Assembly (NCBI RefSeq): GCF_006345805.1
Contig: NW_021833965.1
Coordinates: 1 to 64,000, forward strand
Direction of reading: 5' to 3'
Length of the DNA stretch: 64,000 nucleotides
Source of the DNA: Octopus sinensis
Taxonomy: Eukaryota
Part shown: one piece after another, positions 1-13,074 of the stretch
Layout of the letters: every line of letters starts with the position of its first letter
How positions within the stretch are numbered: the stretch's first letter is position 1
Translations under genes and position numbers: made by a program
The notes under the pieces: model-generated
The model's input: only the letters and a program-made list of their open reading frames with translations
The model's database searches: none
Told to the model about the DNA's origin: nothing

Positions 1-104
1 GCAATAATAAAGTATTATGATGACCAACAGTAATATGGGCAAATGAAAATTCTGTAAAGAGATTCGGAAACAAGTATAGATAGAACTAAATCTGCACGAA
101 GTAA

Positions 105-149
105 ATTATATATATATATACATATACAAATACATACATATATATGTAA

Positions 150-189
<40 letters not shown>

Positions 190-830
190 ATGTATAATGT
201 ATATATGTGTGTGTGTGTATGGATAGATTGACAAACACGAATATATATGTGTAACAACAAACAAGTATATGTATGTATATACATGGGATTTTTTACTAGT
301 TTCAGCTCGTGGAAATAAGTAGATAAATTTACAAACATAATAACTAATACATGTATAACATCCATACACACAGTTGCACACACACACACGCAAACACACA
401 TACATATATATGTGTGTGTGTTTATATATATATATAAAGTACAAATGTATGTATACAGAGAAACTTAAATGATATTTATCATTCAATGGATGAGTAAATA
501 TTTCTGTTGATCCTATCAATAACGGAACATAAAATTATATACACTATATCTGTCTGTGCATATCTATATCTATCTGTAAATGTATATATATATATATATA
601 TATAGAAAGAGAGAGAGAGAGAGAGAGGAGAGAGTGAGAGAGAGAGAGGGGGAGAGAGAGATAAGTATAGAATATATGTACATGTACATGCAGACATACA
701 TATATACATATATTATTAGATACGTACACGTAGGTATACAGACATACAAACAAGCATACATGCATACATACAGATCTCGATGTAGATATGATATGTGAAC
801 TAATATAAGTTGCAACTGGAAAAAATATGC
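105..830. repeat. Compound microsatellite (TA/TG/CA/AG/TACA)
   Basis: Directly visible di- and tetranucleotide runs; overlapping ORFs are repeat translations. Confidence 0.95.
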
Positions 831-1073
831 CAAAACGAACATAAATATTATTTCATTAATATTTTATGCGCACATTTGGTTCGGGATATTTAGTGTCAGG
901 AAAGGGCAGGTTTATGCCTTTATTTAGCTGGCAGAAACGAAGTGCAGGGTTTCTGTTTAACGAAGGCCATTATGTTACAGCGGTTATAATGTCTCAGATA
1001 TATACAATTTGTATCGCCGCACTTATTGCAAGAGATACTGAACATCAAAAATTATTATTTAGTGCTTCGGTAA

Positions 1074-1385
1074 GCGCGTGGCTCAGTGTTTAGAGCATTC
1101 GCATCACGATCCTAAATGTGAGAGTTCAATTCTCGGTAGCTCGTTATGTCCTTGAGTAATACACTTTATTTCTAGTGGCCGTAGTCCACCTAGCTGGCAA
1201 AAAAATGAGTTGTACCTGTAACTCAAACTGAACCATCCGTGTCAGATTCTGTGTCACACTAACTCTCCCAGAGAAATATGTTTAGTGTGCGCGCGTCTGC
1301 GGGGTGCTCAGTTACCTGCACATTACTTTCACCAGCAGGCTGTCTGTTGATCGGAACGACGGCAGTCCTTGTCGTTGTAACTGCA
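1074..1385 (+). mobile_element. tRNA-derived SINE, family B (tail type i)
   Basis: Head gcgcgtggctcagtgtttagagc...gagttcaattc (A/B boxes), central gtccttgagtaatacacttt...gctggcaaaaaaatgagt; tail shared with 24402, 35035, 51112, 59195. Confidence 0.8.
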
Positions 1386-2049
1386 GTGAATTTGCCTTTT
1401 AGCAGCTGAAAGATGTCACAAACATAATTTAAATAGCCTAACCTTTGCCTGTGCTGAAACACTGCTTGGCGCTAATATTGCGTTATTTTCCTCGATGCGG
1501 CGATCTACCAGAGCAAATCAGTCAACAACGTTGACTGTATTTTTTTATAAAACTATCCTTTTATAAGATCTCTTCAGAGTTGCCTCTCTTAGGTAATTCC
1601 CATTGATAAATGACAACGAGCTAGAAACATCCATGACCTAGATTCCCGATAAATGGCGGCACTGTTTTCACACATTTATACCACAAGAGAAAATTTTTTC
1701 TATTGTAACTGCGGTGAGTTTGCCTTTTAGCTGTTGAAATAAGACGCAACCATATTTCAGCTAATCTAAATTTTGCATTTAAATATATTGTTAATTTTTG
1801 CCTTTTTGTTCAATTATAATAAAAACGATATAACATCAGTCTGATGGGTTACTCCATCCTGTTTTAGAGTACAAATGTGTTAGTCTTAAACAAGGGTTTA
1901 AGGTATTTTCAACGCATAACGAATGAATATCCATGTCAGTGAAAAAGAAACGTGGTGGTCGTGGGATGTGCTAGAAATAGCTAAATCTCCCTAAAACCCA
2001 CACCCTATCAAAGTTTTGACCAGCTAAGCCACAGTAGGTTAGCTATCTA

Positions 2050-2103
2050 CGTATTTATGTATGTATGTATGCATGTATGTATGCATGTATGTATGTATGT
2101 ATG

Positions 2104-2147
<44 letters not shown>

Positions 2148-2285
2148 GAGAGAGAGGGGAGAGACCGACAGACAACCAGACAGAGAGGCAGACATACAAA
2201 ATTCCAGACACTCACAAAAGCATTCGTATATACACATATATAAAAATGTACGTACATATACGTGCGTATGTGTGCGCATGTGTGT

Positions 2286-2342
<57 letters not shown>

Positions 2343-2400
2343 TCTGTGTTTGTGCGTGCCTGCGTGTGTGTGGTTATCTCTATGTGTCAATATCTGCCTC
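2050..2400. repeat. Compound microsatellite (TATG/TA/TG)
   Basis: Visible runs. Confidence 0.95.
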
Positions 2401-2534
2401 TGTGTGCAAAGCATTCACTCACCCGTTTGAAGTATGCCGAAGATTACATAGCTTGTACAGGTGGACGTAAGACGTCGAAGTGATCGCAGAGCGTCTTTAA
2501 ATAAAGAATGAAGTTTTGGTCTCACAACTAATGC

Positions 2535-2740
2535 GCCAAAATGGCAGAATTGTTAACATGCCTGGCAAAATGCTTAGCGACATATAGTCTTTCTTTGCTT
2601 TCTGAATTCAAATGCCTCTGAGGTTGGCTTTGCCTTTCGTCCTTTCGGCGTCCATGAAATAAGTACGTTTGAGTTACTAGGGTCGATATAATCTACTCTG
2701 CCCGAAACTTCAGGGCTTGTGACTATAGTAGAAAGAATAT
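2535..2740 (+). mobile_element. tRNA-derived SINE, family A (degenerate)
   Basis: tggcagaattgttaacatgcctggcaaaatgcttagcg...ctgaattcaaat...tttgcctttcgtcctttcgg...actatagtagaaagaatatt matches the other family A copies. Confidence 0.8.
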
Positions 2741-2902
2741 TGCTTCCGAATCGCTAAGTTCTGTGGCGGTCAAATTAACCTTTCGTCCTATTGTAGAAGT
2801 TCAGTATTCATTGATGATGGAGTAACCAACTGGAAACTACCACCACTGCTGTTCCTGATGCAATTTCGAGGCAAGAGGACTCGGCGATATGATCGCCTCC
2901 AG

Positions 2903-3135
2903 AGTAGATTCTCTTTTATGTATTGAGAGAGGGGGTTTCCAAAGATTGATAAAGATTCCTGGTAAATGATTATTTCCATGTATCCCATTGTTAAGTTCGC
3001 AATGACTGGTGCTGCCCTTGTACCCATAGCAATTCCGGATTTTTTACGGTAAAAGGTATTGTCAAACATGAAGTGGTTATTGTGTAGGATGAATTCAATT
3101 GATTTAGTAATGAAAAGTTCAACACAACAACACAC
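2903..3135 (-). pseudogene. Penelope-like element reverse transcriptase fragment (inverted 5' part)
   Basis: IEFILHNNHFMFDNTFYRKKSGIAMGTRAAPVIANLTMGYME is a PLE RT motif 4 signature (GxAMGTxxAPxxANLxM); it is truncated just before the YxDD motif. Confidence 0.9.
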
Positions 3136-4070
3136 CTTCCCCGAAAATACTACCTTACATATCTACATACAACCCCAGAAACAAAGAAGCTTTCACCATC
3201 ATCACCCAGAATTTACCAATACTTCATAAAAACCCCAAATTAAAGGAAATTCTAAACATACACCAAATCATTAAAAGCTACAAACAACCTAAATCACTTA
3301 AAAAGATTCTCACAAAGGCAAAATTATCTTCTGAAATTACGTATGCAAAAGTAAAAAAAATGTGGGAGATCGAACTGTGAACATGTCCTAACCTACTAGA
3401 AGGATCAGAATTCTTTTTAAAGAGGGACAGAAATTCAAGATCAAATCGAACTTTACTTGTGCCTCTGAAAACATAATTTATGTCATTAAATGCTCGGGCT
3501 GCCACCAAGACTATCACTCAGACGTAGATGCACACTGCATCGACAACAGATTGCATTCCCAGAATTAAAATGATACCTTTTAGTGAGCACATTGAGAAAT
3601 GCGCAAAGCAACTACAACCACAATTTTTAATCTTCCATTTTACTAATGTGCTTTCAGATCATCAACACAAATTAGACAACAAGGAAACATTCTTCATTGA
3701 AAAGTACAAACCCAGACTCAACTATCCAAACATAATAATACAGAGAAATTCACACTAAGAGAAAAAGGAAAAAAAAAAATTTTTTAAGCGATTATCACCC
3801 TTACACCGGAAGAAATCACGCACTACTTCCCTTATTTAGAACTCTCGTAGCAAAAAAACAAGGATAACGCTATTAAAGATAAACATTACGTCGCAAGAAA
3901 TTTGAAGAGCTAATGCGAAACCGGTCTTTCTTAAAAAAATTAAAAATTATGTCATAATAAGAAAGGAAAAAAAATTTTCCAATATTCTCCAGACATATTG
4001 ACGCAAATATATATATCTTTAACATCTAAGCCTTCTGTCGTTTTTTCACTCTTTACTATTTTCTTATATA
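3136..4070 (+). mobile_element. Penelope-like element linker, GIY-YIG endonuclease relic and 3' region (Neptune-like)
   Basis: Frameshifted translation LPYISTYNPRNKEAF...KSYKQPKSLKKILTKAKL, Cys-rich linker, FTCASENIIYVIKCSGC, ...KETFFIEKYKPRLN; ends in a (TA)n tract. Confidence 0.85.
3895..3932 (+). ncRNA. Minimal type I hammerhead ribozyme in the Penelope 3' region
   Basis: aagaaa-t-TTGAAGA-gc taat gc-GAAA-ccgg-TC-tttctt. U3 variant core, 2-bp stem II, palindromic stem III ACCGGT, 6-bp stem I with one extra nucleotide. Confidence 0.7.
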
Positions 4071-4097
4071 TATTATAATATATATAGATATATATAT

Positions 4098-4139
<42 letters not shown>

Positions 4140-4854
4140 TAGATAGATAGTTAGATACGCACACAGGAATACATGAGAATGTACGTTGGTATAATATAAA
4201 TATCTATGTCTTACACTCTCAAGTTAATGTGTCAATTGTTTGACCTTGAGCAAGCACGCAATTTATCCTGACTCTAGAATGAGGCAGAGAAACTCATCGT
4301 CCCCTCCACGACTTTCATTTCAATAAGCGAATACATTGAATGCTATATGTACATACATATGTATGTATGTATGTACGTATGTATGTATGTATTTATGTAC
4401 GTATGTATGCATGTATGTATGTGTGTATGTATGTGTATGCCTAGGTGCATGCTAGAATGAATGATTTCATGTCAGAAGGTCCGAAGAATTTATAAAAGAG
4501 AATAACGTCCTTAGTCTTAAAGATATTGTCCTATTTTACACCGGATTTAAAACTTTATACAGTTTTAGTGTAACACAGTGTTATTTTGGCGGGTTCAATG
4601 ATGATTAACGTCTGTCAGCTTAATATAAAATATGACGAAGACAGCAATACAAATCTCGACTCCTATTTCCCGTTTTCTTGGCTTCTTTTCAATGGCTTAT
4701 TGACGTCTATAAGCTAAAAAGGTTTTGTTCGTTATGGTTTGATATCAAACTTGTCCCAATGCTTCATTTGAATTCGAGATAAAAGTTAGAATAGTAGTAA
4801 TAGGAACATTAGTAATAGTAGTAATGTAATTAATAATAATAATAATAATAATAA

Positions 4855-4895
<41 letters not shown>

Positions 4896-4929
4896 TGATG
4901 ATGATGATGATGAGGATGATGAGGATGAT

Positions 4930-5158
4930 AATATTTCGAGCCTTGTACCAACGGTAGGCACAAGATCTGAAATTGTGAGGGAGGGGGCTTTGCCAATTGC
5001 ATCTACTCCGCTGCATATCTGGTCAGTATTCCATCGACCCCGTAAAGATGAAAAGCGACGTCAACCTTGGCGGAATTCGGACTCAGAACGTAAGGACGGG
5101 CAAATTGCCGCTAAGCATTTTGCCTGGCGTGTTAACGGTTCTACCAACTCACCGCTTT
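4930..5158 (-). mobile_element. SINE family A
   Basis: Reverse complement of the family A consensus (...ggcggaattcggactcagaacgtaagg...gctaagcattttgcctggcgtgttaac). Confidence 0.85.
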
Positions 5159-5164
5159 AATAAT

Positions 5165-5211
<47 letters not shown>

Positions 5212-5241
5212 TACTACTACTACTACTACTACTACTACTAT

Positions 5242-5331
<90 letters not shown>

Positions 5332-5390
5332 TTGTATTAATAATAATGATGACAATATTTCGAGCCTTGTACCAACGGTAGTCACAAGAT

Positions 5391-6444
5391 CTGACAAATA
5401 CAAACAAGAAATCATACTACCTAACAAATATGAAGAAGAAGAAGAAGAAGAAGAAGAAGAGAGAAGAAGAAGAAGAAGAAAGAAGAAGAAGAAGAAGAGA
5501 AGAAGAAGAAAAAAGGAAGAAGAAGAGAAGAAGAGAAGAAGAGAAATAACAAAAGTATAAAACAAATGAAATCCAAACTAAAACTAGAACAGCAACGGAC
5601 CATGATAAAACGATGGCAAGAATTGTCCCTTCATGGCAAATACTGGACTAATCTTAATGCAAAAGAAATAGACAAAGAAAAATCCCACCAATGGTTGAGA
5701 AGCTCAGGACTCAAAGCAGAAATGGAGGGATTTTTAATTGCAGCTCAAGACCAAAGCCTCCCCACCAGAAATAATAAAATCATATAATGAAAAGAAACAT
5801 AACAAGTAACTGCAGAATATGTGGAGATGGACAAGAAACAATAAATCATATTATCTCTGGCTGCCCAGTCCTGACTAAGTAGGAATATATTCACAGACAC
5901 GACAGAATTGGGACCTACATACATTGGAAGCTATGCCAACATTATGGAGGAACAACAGAAGAAAGATGGTATAGGCACACACCAGAAAAGGTTACAGAAA
6001 ACGAGAAAACAACCATACTCTGGGATATGCACACAGATAGAGAAATTAAGGCCAACAGGCCATGAAGAAAAAATGCTTTCTAACTGATGTATCAATACCA
6101 GCAGATGACAACGTGCCCCTAATAGAAATGGAGAAACTTTCAAAATACAAAGACCTAGAAATAGAGGTAACTGGACTCTGGAATCTAAGAACAGAAATAA
6201 TTCCTATCATAGTAGGCGCATTAGGTATGATAAAAAAATATTCAGACAAAAACACCAGGACTTACGAACACATATAACATACAGAAAATTGCATTACTAG
6301 GCACTGCACACATCCTACGTAGAACACTTTCCATACAGTAACCATCAGAGTATCACAACAAATCACAGCACATACCCAAGGCACAGAGAGCTGCGCTCGG
6401 TAGTGAAGTGAAAGCACGCTATAGAAATAAAACTACTGAATAAT

Positions 6445-6450
<6 letters not shown>
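5391..6450 (+). mobile_element. R4/Dong-clade non-LTR retrotransposon, 5'-truncated (Zn-knuckle + REL endonuclease + 3'UTR)
   Basis: LHGKY...EGFLIAAQDQSLPT, CRICG..ETINHIISGCP..RHD, KLSKYKDLEIEV..IIPIIVGALG, IQKIALLGTAHILRRTL; ends in (TAA)n. Confidence 0.9.
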
Positions 6451-6639
<189 letters not shown>

Positions 6640-6640
<1 letters not shown>

Positions 6641-7040
6641 TGCAGGAGGATGGAAATAACGATACTCTGGGACTATGATTTTCAGACGGACCGTGTAATC
6701 GAACACCGGTCGTCGGGTATTGTCATATAAAAGAGACAAATACAGTCATATCATTGGTGTAGAAAAGAGGTTGAAAAAAATCATCAAGTTGTTCCGAATT
6801 GAAAGACTGTATGGAATGCGAGAGGGTAAGGTAAAAGTGATACCAGTGGTGATCGACGCGTTGGGCTCAATCCCATTGAAACTACATAACTTCTTTAGGC
6901 AACTCGAAAACCCAAGCATGATTGATGTCTTGCAAAAAGCAGCCTTAGTGGGCGCAGCGCACATCTTAAAGAAAGTATTATCTGTCTGAGGTCTTGTGAC
7001 TTCACAAATGACCAAAGACTCAGGTGCATTTTTACCTCCA
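6640..7040 (+). mobile_element. R4/Dong-clade 3' fragment (second family)
   Basis: WDYDFQTDRVIEHR; KVIPVVIDALGSIP...LQKAALVGAAHILKKVLSV*; TAA-type tracts on both sides. Confidence 0.85.
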
Positions 7041-7108
7041 CTGAGTTACGAAGGAATACTAATAGTAGTAGTTGTAAGTAGTTGTAGTAGTAGTAGTGAA
7101 TAATGATG

Positions 7109-7173
<65 letters not shown>

Positions 7174-7894
7174 CGTAATAATAAAAATAATAATAATGAT
7201 AAATATAATGGTGATAATAATAATAATGATAATAATAACAAAATAATAGTGATAATAATAGTAATAATAATTATACAAGTTAAAAAATCATATGTACAAA
7301 AATGTAGAAGTTATGCCTGATCCTCAACACTGTACACTGTCTAGAAAATATCTGCCAGGAACAGCCCACAGCCTATGCAAGACACTATCAATACAATAAT
7401 TCAACCTAAACAAAGCAACACGCAAATACAAGACACACTCTATACAGCAAATATCCAATGAAATAAACTCACACCAGCAATCACACAGTCAGCACACATT
7501 ACAAGCATTAACACAACAGAAGACAATCCCACACTTCAAGTAAAAAATGCGAAGACAATACAGTATCAGCAAGAGTTTTCACACTCCCAGCAGCAGAAAA
7601 GAACACACAAGCCAGGAACACAGAGGTGTAGCAGATGATGCAGCAGAAATTTGACCCAATGTACCGAATGTTGAACAGTTATATAATAAATAATAAGGAT
7701 AAGAATAACAACAATAATAATAATAACAGTAATAATAACTATTAATTTTGGCGGAAGGCAAACAAATTTGAATTAAATCTATGACATCAAATTCAGTTCT
7801 GAACTGGTTCATGTTTTACAGATCCCGAAAACATGGGAGCCAACTGCAACTTAAAAGGTGAACAGCTAGAAGAAATGTGGCTAAGCATCACCAC

Positions 7895-8520
7895 CCCACC
7901 ACCACAACCACCACCACCATCCTCATCGTCGTCATCGTTATCATCATCTTCGTCATCATCATCACCATCAGCATCACCATCACCATCATCATCATAAACA
8001 GCGTCATCATCCCCACCATCATCATCAGAACCATCATCACCACCATCATCATCATAACCATCAACATCATCATCATCATCATCATCAACACCACCAGCAT
8101 CATCATGATCACCATCATCACAATCGTCATCATCATCATAAACAGCAACATCATCACCACCATCATCATCATCATCATCATCATCTTCAATACCACCAGC
8201 ATCATCATGCTCACCATCATGATCACCACCATCATCATCATAAACAGCATCATCACCACCGTCACCATCATCATCACCACCACCATCATCACCATCATCA
8301 TCATAACCATCACTATCGTCATCATCATCACCATCATCACCATCATCATCATCATCATCATCACCATCACCAACATCATCACCACTGTCATCACCATCCT
8401 CATCATCATCATCATCACCATCACTACCATTATCATCATAACCATCATCCCCATCATCATCATCACCATCATCAACAGCATCATCACCACCGTCGTCGTC
8501 GTCATCATCATCATCATCCT
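7895..8520. repeat. (ATC/ACC)n trinucleotide array with higher-order ~100-145 bp duplications
   Basis: Recurrent cataaacagc and accaccagcatcatcatg motifs inside CAT/CAC repeats. Confidence 0.9.
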
Positions 8521-8859
8521 CACCAATATCAACGTTGTCATCAGAAACCGTTGCTGGCGTCCTCAACGTCGACGTCATAAGTAACGATATAAGCGTTTGA
8601 AACAATTGAGTGGGTGGCGTCGGCGGCGGTTGACGTCGCCGGCTACTAAAGATATAAGCGGGGAATTAATGGCGAAAATATTGGATAAAGACGTTGAGAT
8701 GAGGCGATGGGAGGTTTTAGTTAGTTGTAGTAACTATGGCAACGGTAATAATGAAAAGTGCAACATTAGTATATTAGCTACGAAGAAAAAGAAATCAGGA
8801 AATAAGGAGAGGATGATAAATAACAATATAATAAGAGATAATTAAAACAGTGGTACAAA

Positions 8860-8908
8860 ATATACGAATATATAAGTACATATATATATATATACTTATA
8901 AAATATAT

Positions 8909-8941
<33 letters not shown>

Positions 8942-9284
8942 TTGCATACATGCATATAATCATAATATATAAATGTATATATATATATATATTTATATAC
9001 ACACATACATGCATATATGAATATATAGAATAGATATATACACCTGCATTATAAGTATATAATACTTAATATATATATATATATATATATATATAATAAT
9101 ATAGATATATATATATATATCCGTATAGCATATGATAGGAATATAATATATATAAATGCATATATATATATATATCATATATATAATAATATATATAAGA
9201 TACTTATTATAGTATATGCATATATATATATAAAATACATGCACGTATGAATATATATACGAATATATATATACTACACACAAC

Positions 9285-9357
<73 letters not shown>

Positions 9358-9473
9358 ACCTGCATAGATGCATATAAGTATGTATATAAATATATATATA
9401 TGTATATATTACACCATATATAAGTATATGTATATATATATATAGATATATATATATATATTATATATATATA

Positions 9474-9516
<43 letters not shown>

Positions 9517-9570
9517 TATACATATATATGCATATAATACATATATTATACATTCTTACACACACACACA
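8860..9570. repeat. Interrupted (TA)n/(CA)n microsatellite
   Basis: Visible runs. Confidence 0.95.
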
Positions 9571-10379
9571 TAAACGTAGTGGATGACTTCATCTGTATAT
9601 GCAACGACAACGACAGAAACAAGGAGAATAAGAGCAGCAACACAAAGCTAATAAAAGCCTGATTATGAATAGAAAAAACAAGGGGAACAACAACAAAAAA
9701 AGAACAGACACGGGAAAAGAGTAGCAACGGAAGAAATAAACATTTAACAAGTGAGGATAAAGAAAACAAATGAGTTAATGATAATATTAAAACAAACAAA
9801 CAACTGGAGCATTATAAAGAAATTCTACGCGTTAAAATAAATATAAAGCATTCGACATAGAAATAACGAACGTATAGAAATATACAAATAATATCGTAAA
9901 AATATAGAAACAATATATTAATTAATACGCAGTGTCTACATGCAGAATAACAAAAATATAAATTTAATGCACATACAAAATGCCAACGTGCAGAAATGCA
10001 GTGTATCGCTTATAGGAAAATTGCAATATGCGACAGAAAAATGTATATAACAACATAGATATATGTTGTATGGGGGATAAATATACGATATATTAATGGA
10101 TAAATGATTTCAAAATATACAAATTATGAACAGTTAGTCATAAAAATTTGTTATAAACAAGAGAGGGGGCGGAAATTGGCAATACGCGCAGGCACACAAA
10201 CAAACGCGTACTCACACACATATACACACACATACGTATATGTGTATATAAGCACAACAAAAAAAAAACAATGAGAGAGGAGAAACGGTGAGATGGAGGA
10301 GAGGACAAAAGTCATTAATATTTGCAAGCACACAATTACTCATAATTAATTAAAACAATATTGACAGGAACGGATTCTA

Positions 10380-10466
10380 ATATATATATATTTATATATA
10401 CATACACACACATATATACAAGCGTGTGTGAGTGTGTGTATGTATGAATATATATATGTATATATT

Positions 10467-10499
<33 letters not shown>

Positions 10500-10696
10500 T
10501 ATATATTTATATATGTATATATGTGTATGTATACACGCATACACGTGTATATAAGGGGATAGATAGATCGATAGAGAAATTGATAACTAGATAGATAAGC
10601 ACGCAATTGTATGTATGTGCTGAATGTCCTAGGAATATCACTTGTCTTGTCCTTGTTGTCTTATTTTATTTAACACATACACACACATATACATAA

Positions 10697-10738
<42 letters not shown>

Positions 10739-10803
10739 TCTATATATATATATATATGTATATATATATGCATATATATAATATATATATATATATATAG
10801 ATG

Positions 10804-10851
<48 letters not shown>

Positions 10852-10920
10852 ATATATATATATAATATGTATAATATATGCATATATATATATATTCATA
10901 AATATATGTATATACATATA
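10380..10920. repeat. Interrupted (TA)n microsatellite
   Basis: Visible runs. Confidence 0.95.
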
Positions 10921-11249
10921 TTGACAGATACATCCACATTGTAATAGTGTATAAGCAACTGACTAGAGAAGTTATTGAGAGTAAACTGTTGTACGACTAT
11001 CAACATCCTCATCACGATCATCATCATCATCGTCTTCGTCGTCGTCATCATCATCATGATCGTTATAATAAAGTTCCTGGAATTTATATAAAACAAAAAA
11101 AAGAAACTGAAATGAAGTGCAAACAAAACACGATCGAAAATATATAAAATTATAGATATTGATAAAAACTTAAATAAGTTTTACAAAAACAAATATAAAA
11201 GAAAGCAGTAAAATATCATGAAGTGCAATATGAAGAATAACATAGCACG

Positions 11250-11293
11250 ACTGTAACAACAACAACAACGACAACAACAACAACAACAATAAC

Positions 11294-11336
<43 letters not shown>

Positions 11337-11513
11337 TTAATGACGGTAATAATAATAGTAATAATGATAATAATTATTATAATAATAATAGTAGTAATAA
11401 TAACATTAACAACTACAATAATAATAATTATTATAATAATTATAATAAGAATAACAACAACAGCAATAGTAATAATAACAATAACAACAACAACAACAAC
11501 AACAATAATAATA

Positions 11514-11573
<60 letters not shown>

Positions 11574-11610
11574 GTAATAATTAAAATAATAATTTTAAGA
11601 AAATTATAAT
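11250..11610. repeat. (CAA)n/(TAA)n microsatellite
   Basis: Visible runs. Confidence 0.95.
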
Positions 11611-11614
11611 AATG

Positions 11615-11797
11615 CTTTCAAATTTTGCCACAAAGGAAGTAATTTTGGGGGAAGGGATGAGTAGAAACCATCGACCCGAAAGGGTGAAAAGTAAAAATGA
11701 ACCTTGGCGAGATTTGAACTCAAAACGTAAAGACGGACGAAATGGCGCTGAGTATTTTGTCCTGTATACAAGCGATTCTGCCATCTCGCCGCCTTGA
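11615..11797 (-). mobile_element. SINE family A
   Basis: tcgacccgaaagggtgaaaagtaaaaatgaaccttggcgagatttgaactcaaaacgtaaag...ctcgccgcctt. Confidence 0.85.
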
Positions 11798-12149
11798 ATA
11801 AAAGCAAGAACAACAACAACAATGACAACAAGTGCAATAAAAATCCACTGTGACAAAGACAACAACAGTTAGTGGAATAATAACGCGTTCGAGCAAAGTC
11901 AGAAATTAATTGAAATCATATTTTCTGCTACAACACGCATGCACCCACACACGCACATATACACACACATGTATGCACGTGTATAAATATATACATACAC
12001 CCGTGGACCCTCTGACATAGACACACAAACACATACATACACACATCGCATAAACATAGATAGGCATACAGGAATGCTGAACATGGATAAAGATATGTAG
12101 AAAAAACGAATAAAAATGTAAATCCGGGAAACGAAGGAAATAAACGATA

Positions 12150-12240
12150 ATACTGCTGCTGGTGCTGACGCTGCTGCTGATGGTGACGACGATGGTGATT
12201 ATGATGATGAAGACGATGATGACGATGCTGGTAATGATGG

Positions 12241-12271
<31 letters not shown>

Positions 12272-12524
12272 AATGATGATGACGAGACGATGATGATAAT
12301 TCTTGATGACGATGTTGGAGATGGCAAATGAGAACATGATGACGAATATGATAGAGATGATATACATATATACAGATATATGTAATATAAGTTTATGTAT
12401 GCACACACCACACATGCATATACATATGTATATATTATAATGCATACATATGTATGTATATATATATATATATATATATATTATTATATATATAACACAA
12501 CATAATTTGACAAAAGACATATAC

Positions 12525-12581
<57 letters not shown>

Positions 12582-12610
12582 TAATAATAATAATGATAAT
12601 AATAATAGTA
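12150..12610. repeat. Compound (TGA)/(TA)/(TAA) microsatellite
   Basis: Visible runs. Confidence 0.9.
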
Positions 12611-12796
12611 AAAACTAGTAACAACAAGTATGTCATGCGCAATAATGATTTGCGGAGACGTCCGGTCTGATATATTGTTTGTAAGATGTAAAGTTTACTC
12701 TTCGTGATTTATGGTATCGTCCCATACAAGAGATGTAATTCTCTTAGTAGATAACGCATAGTATTCTTGAAAAAACAAATTATGATGATGATGATG

Positions 12797-12846
<50 letters not shown>

Positions 12847-13018
12847 GCACACGCAAAGCCACATGCACAAACACGCAAATACACAACATACATGCACGCA
12901 AATACACCAACAGACATTAAGATGTGACGCACAGACTCATACATCTGTACTTACAAGGATAGACTTCAAAATTTGCAATAATAAAGCGAAAGAAATGAAT
13001 GGCGATGTCTTACTGGCT

Positions 13019-13074
<56 letters not shown>

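Noticed and set aside
1375-1790. Diverged ~85-bp direct repeat (gtaactgc.gtga.tttgccttttagc at ~1377 and ~1706)
   Set aside because: It is old and diverged and probably two fragments of one unclassified repeat; no further structure.
2808-2862. C/D-box snoRNA within the duplicated 113-bp segment (TGATGA...CTGA)
   Set aside because: The interval is only ~50 nt, the terminal stem is weak and no C'/D' boxes are evident.
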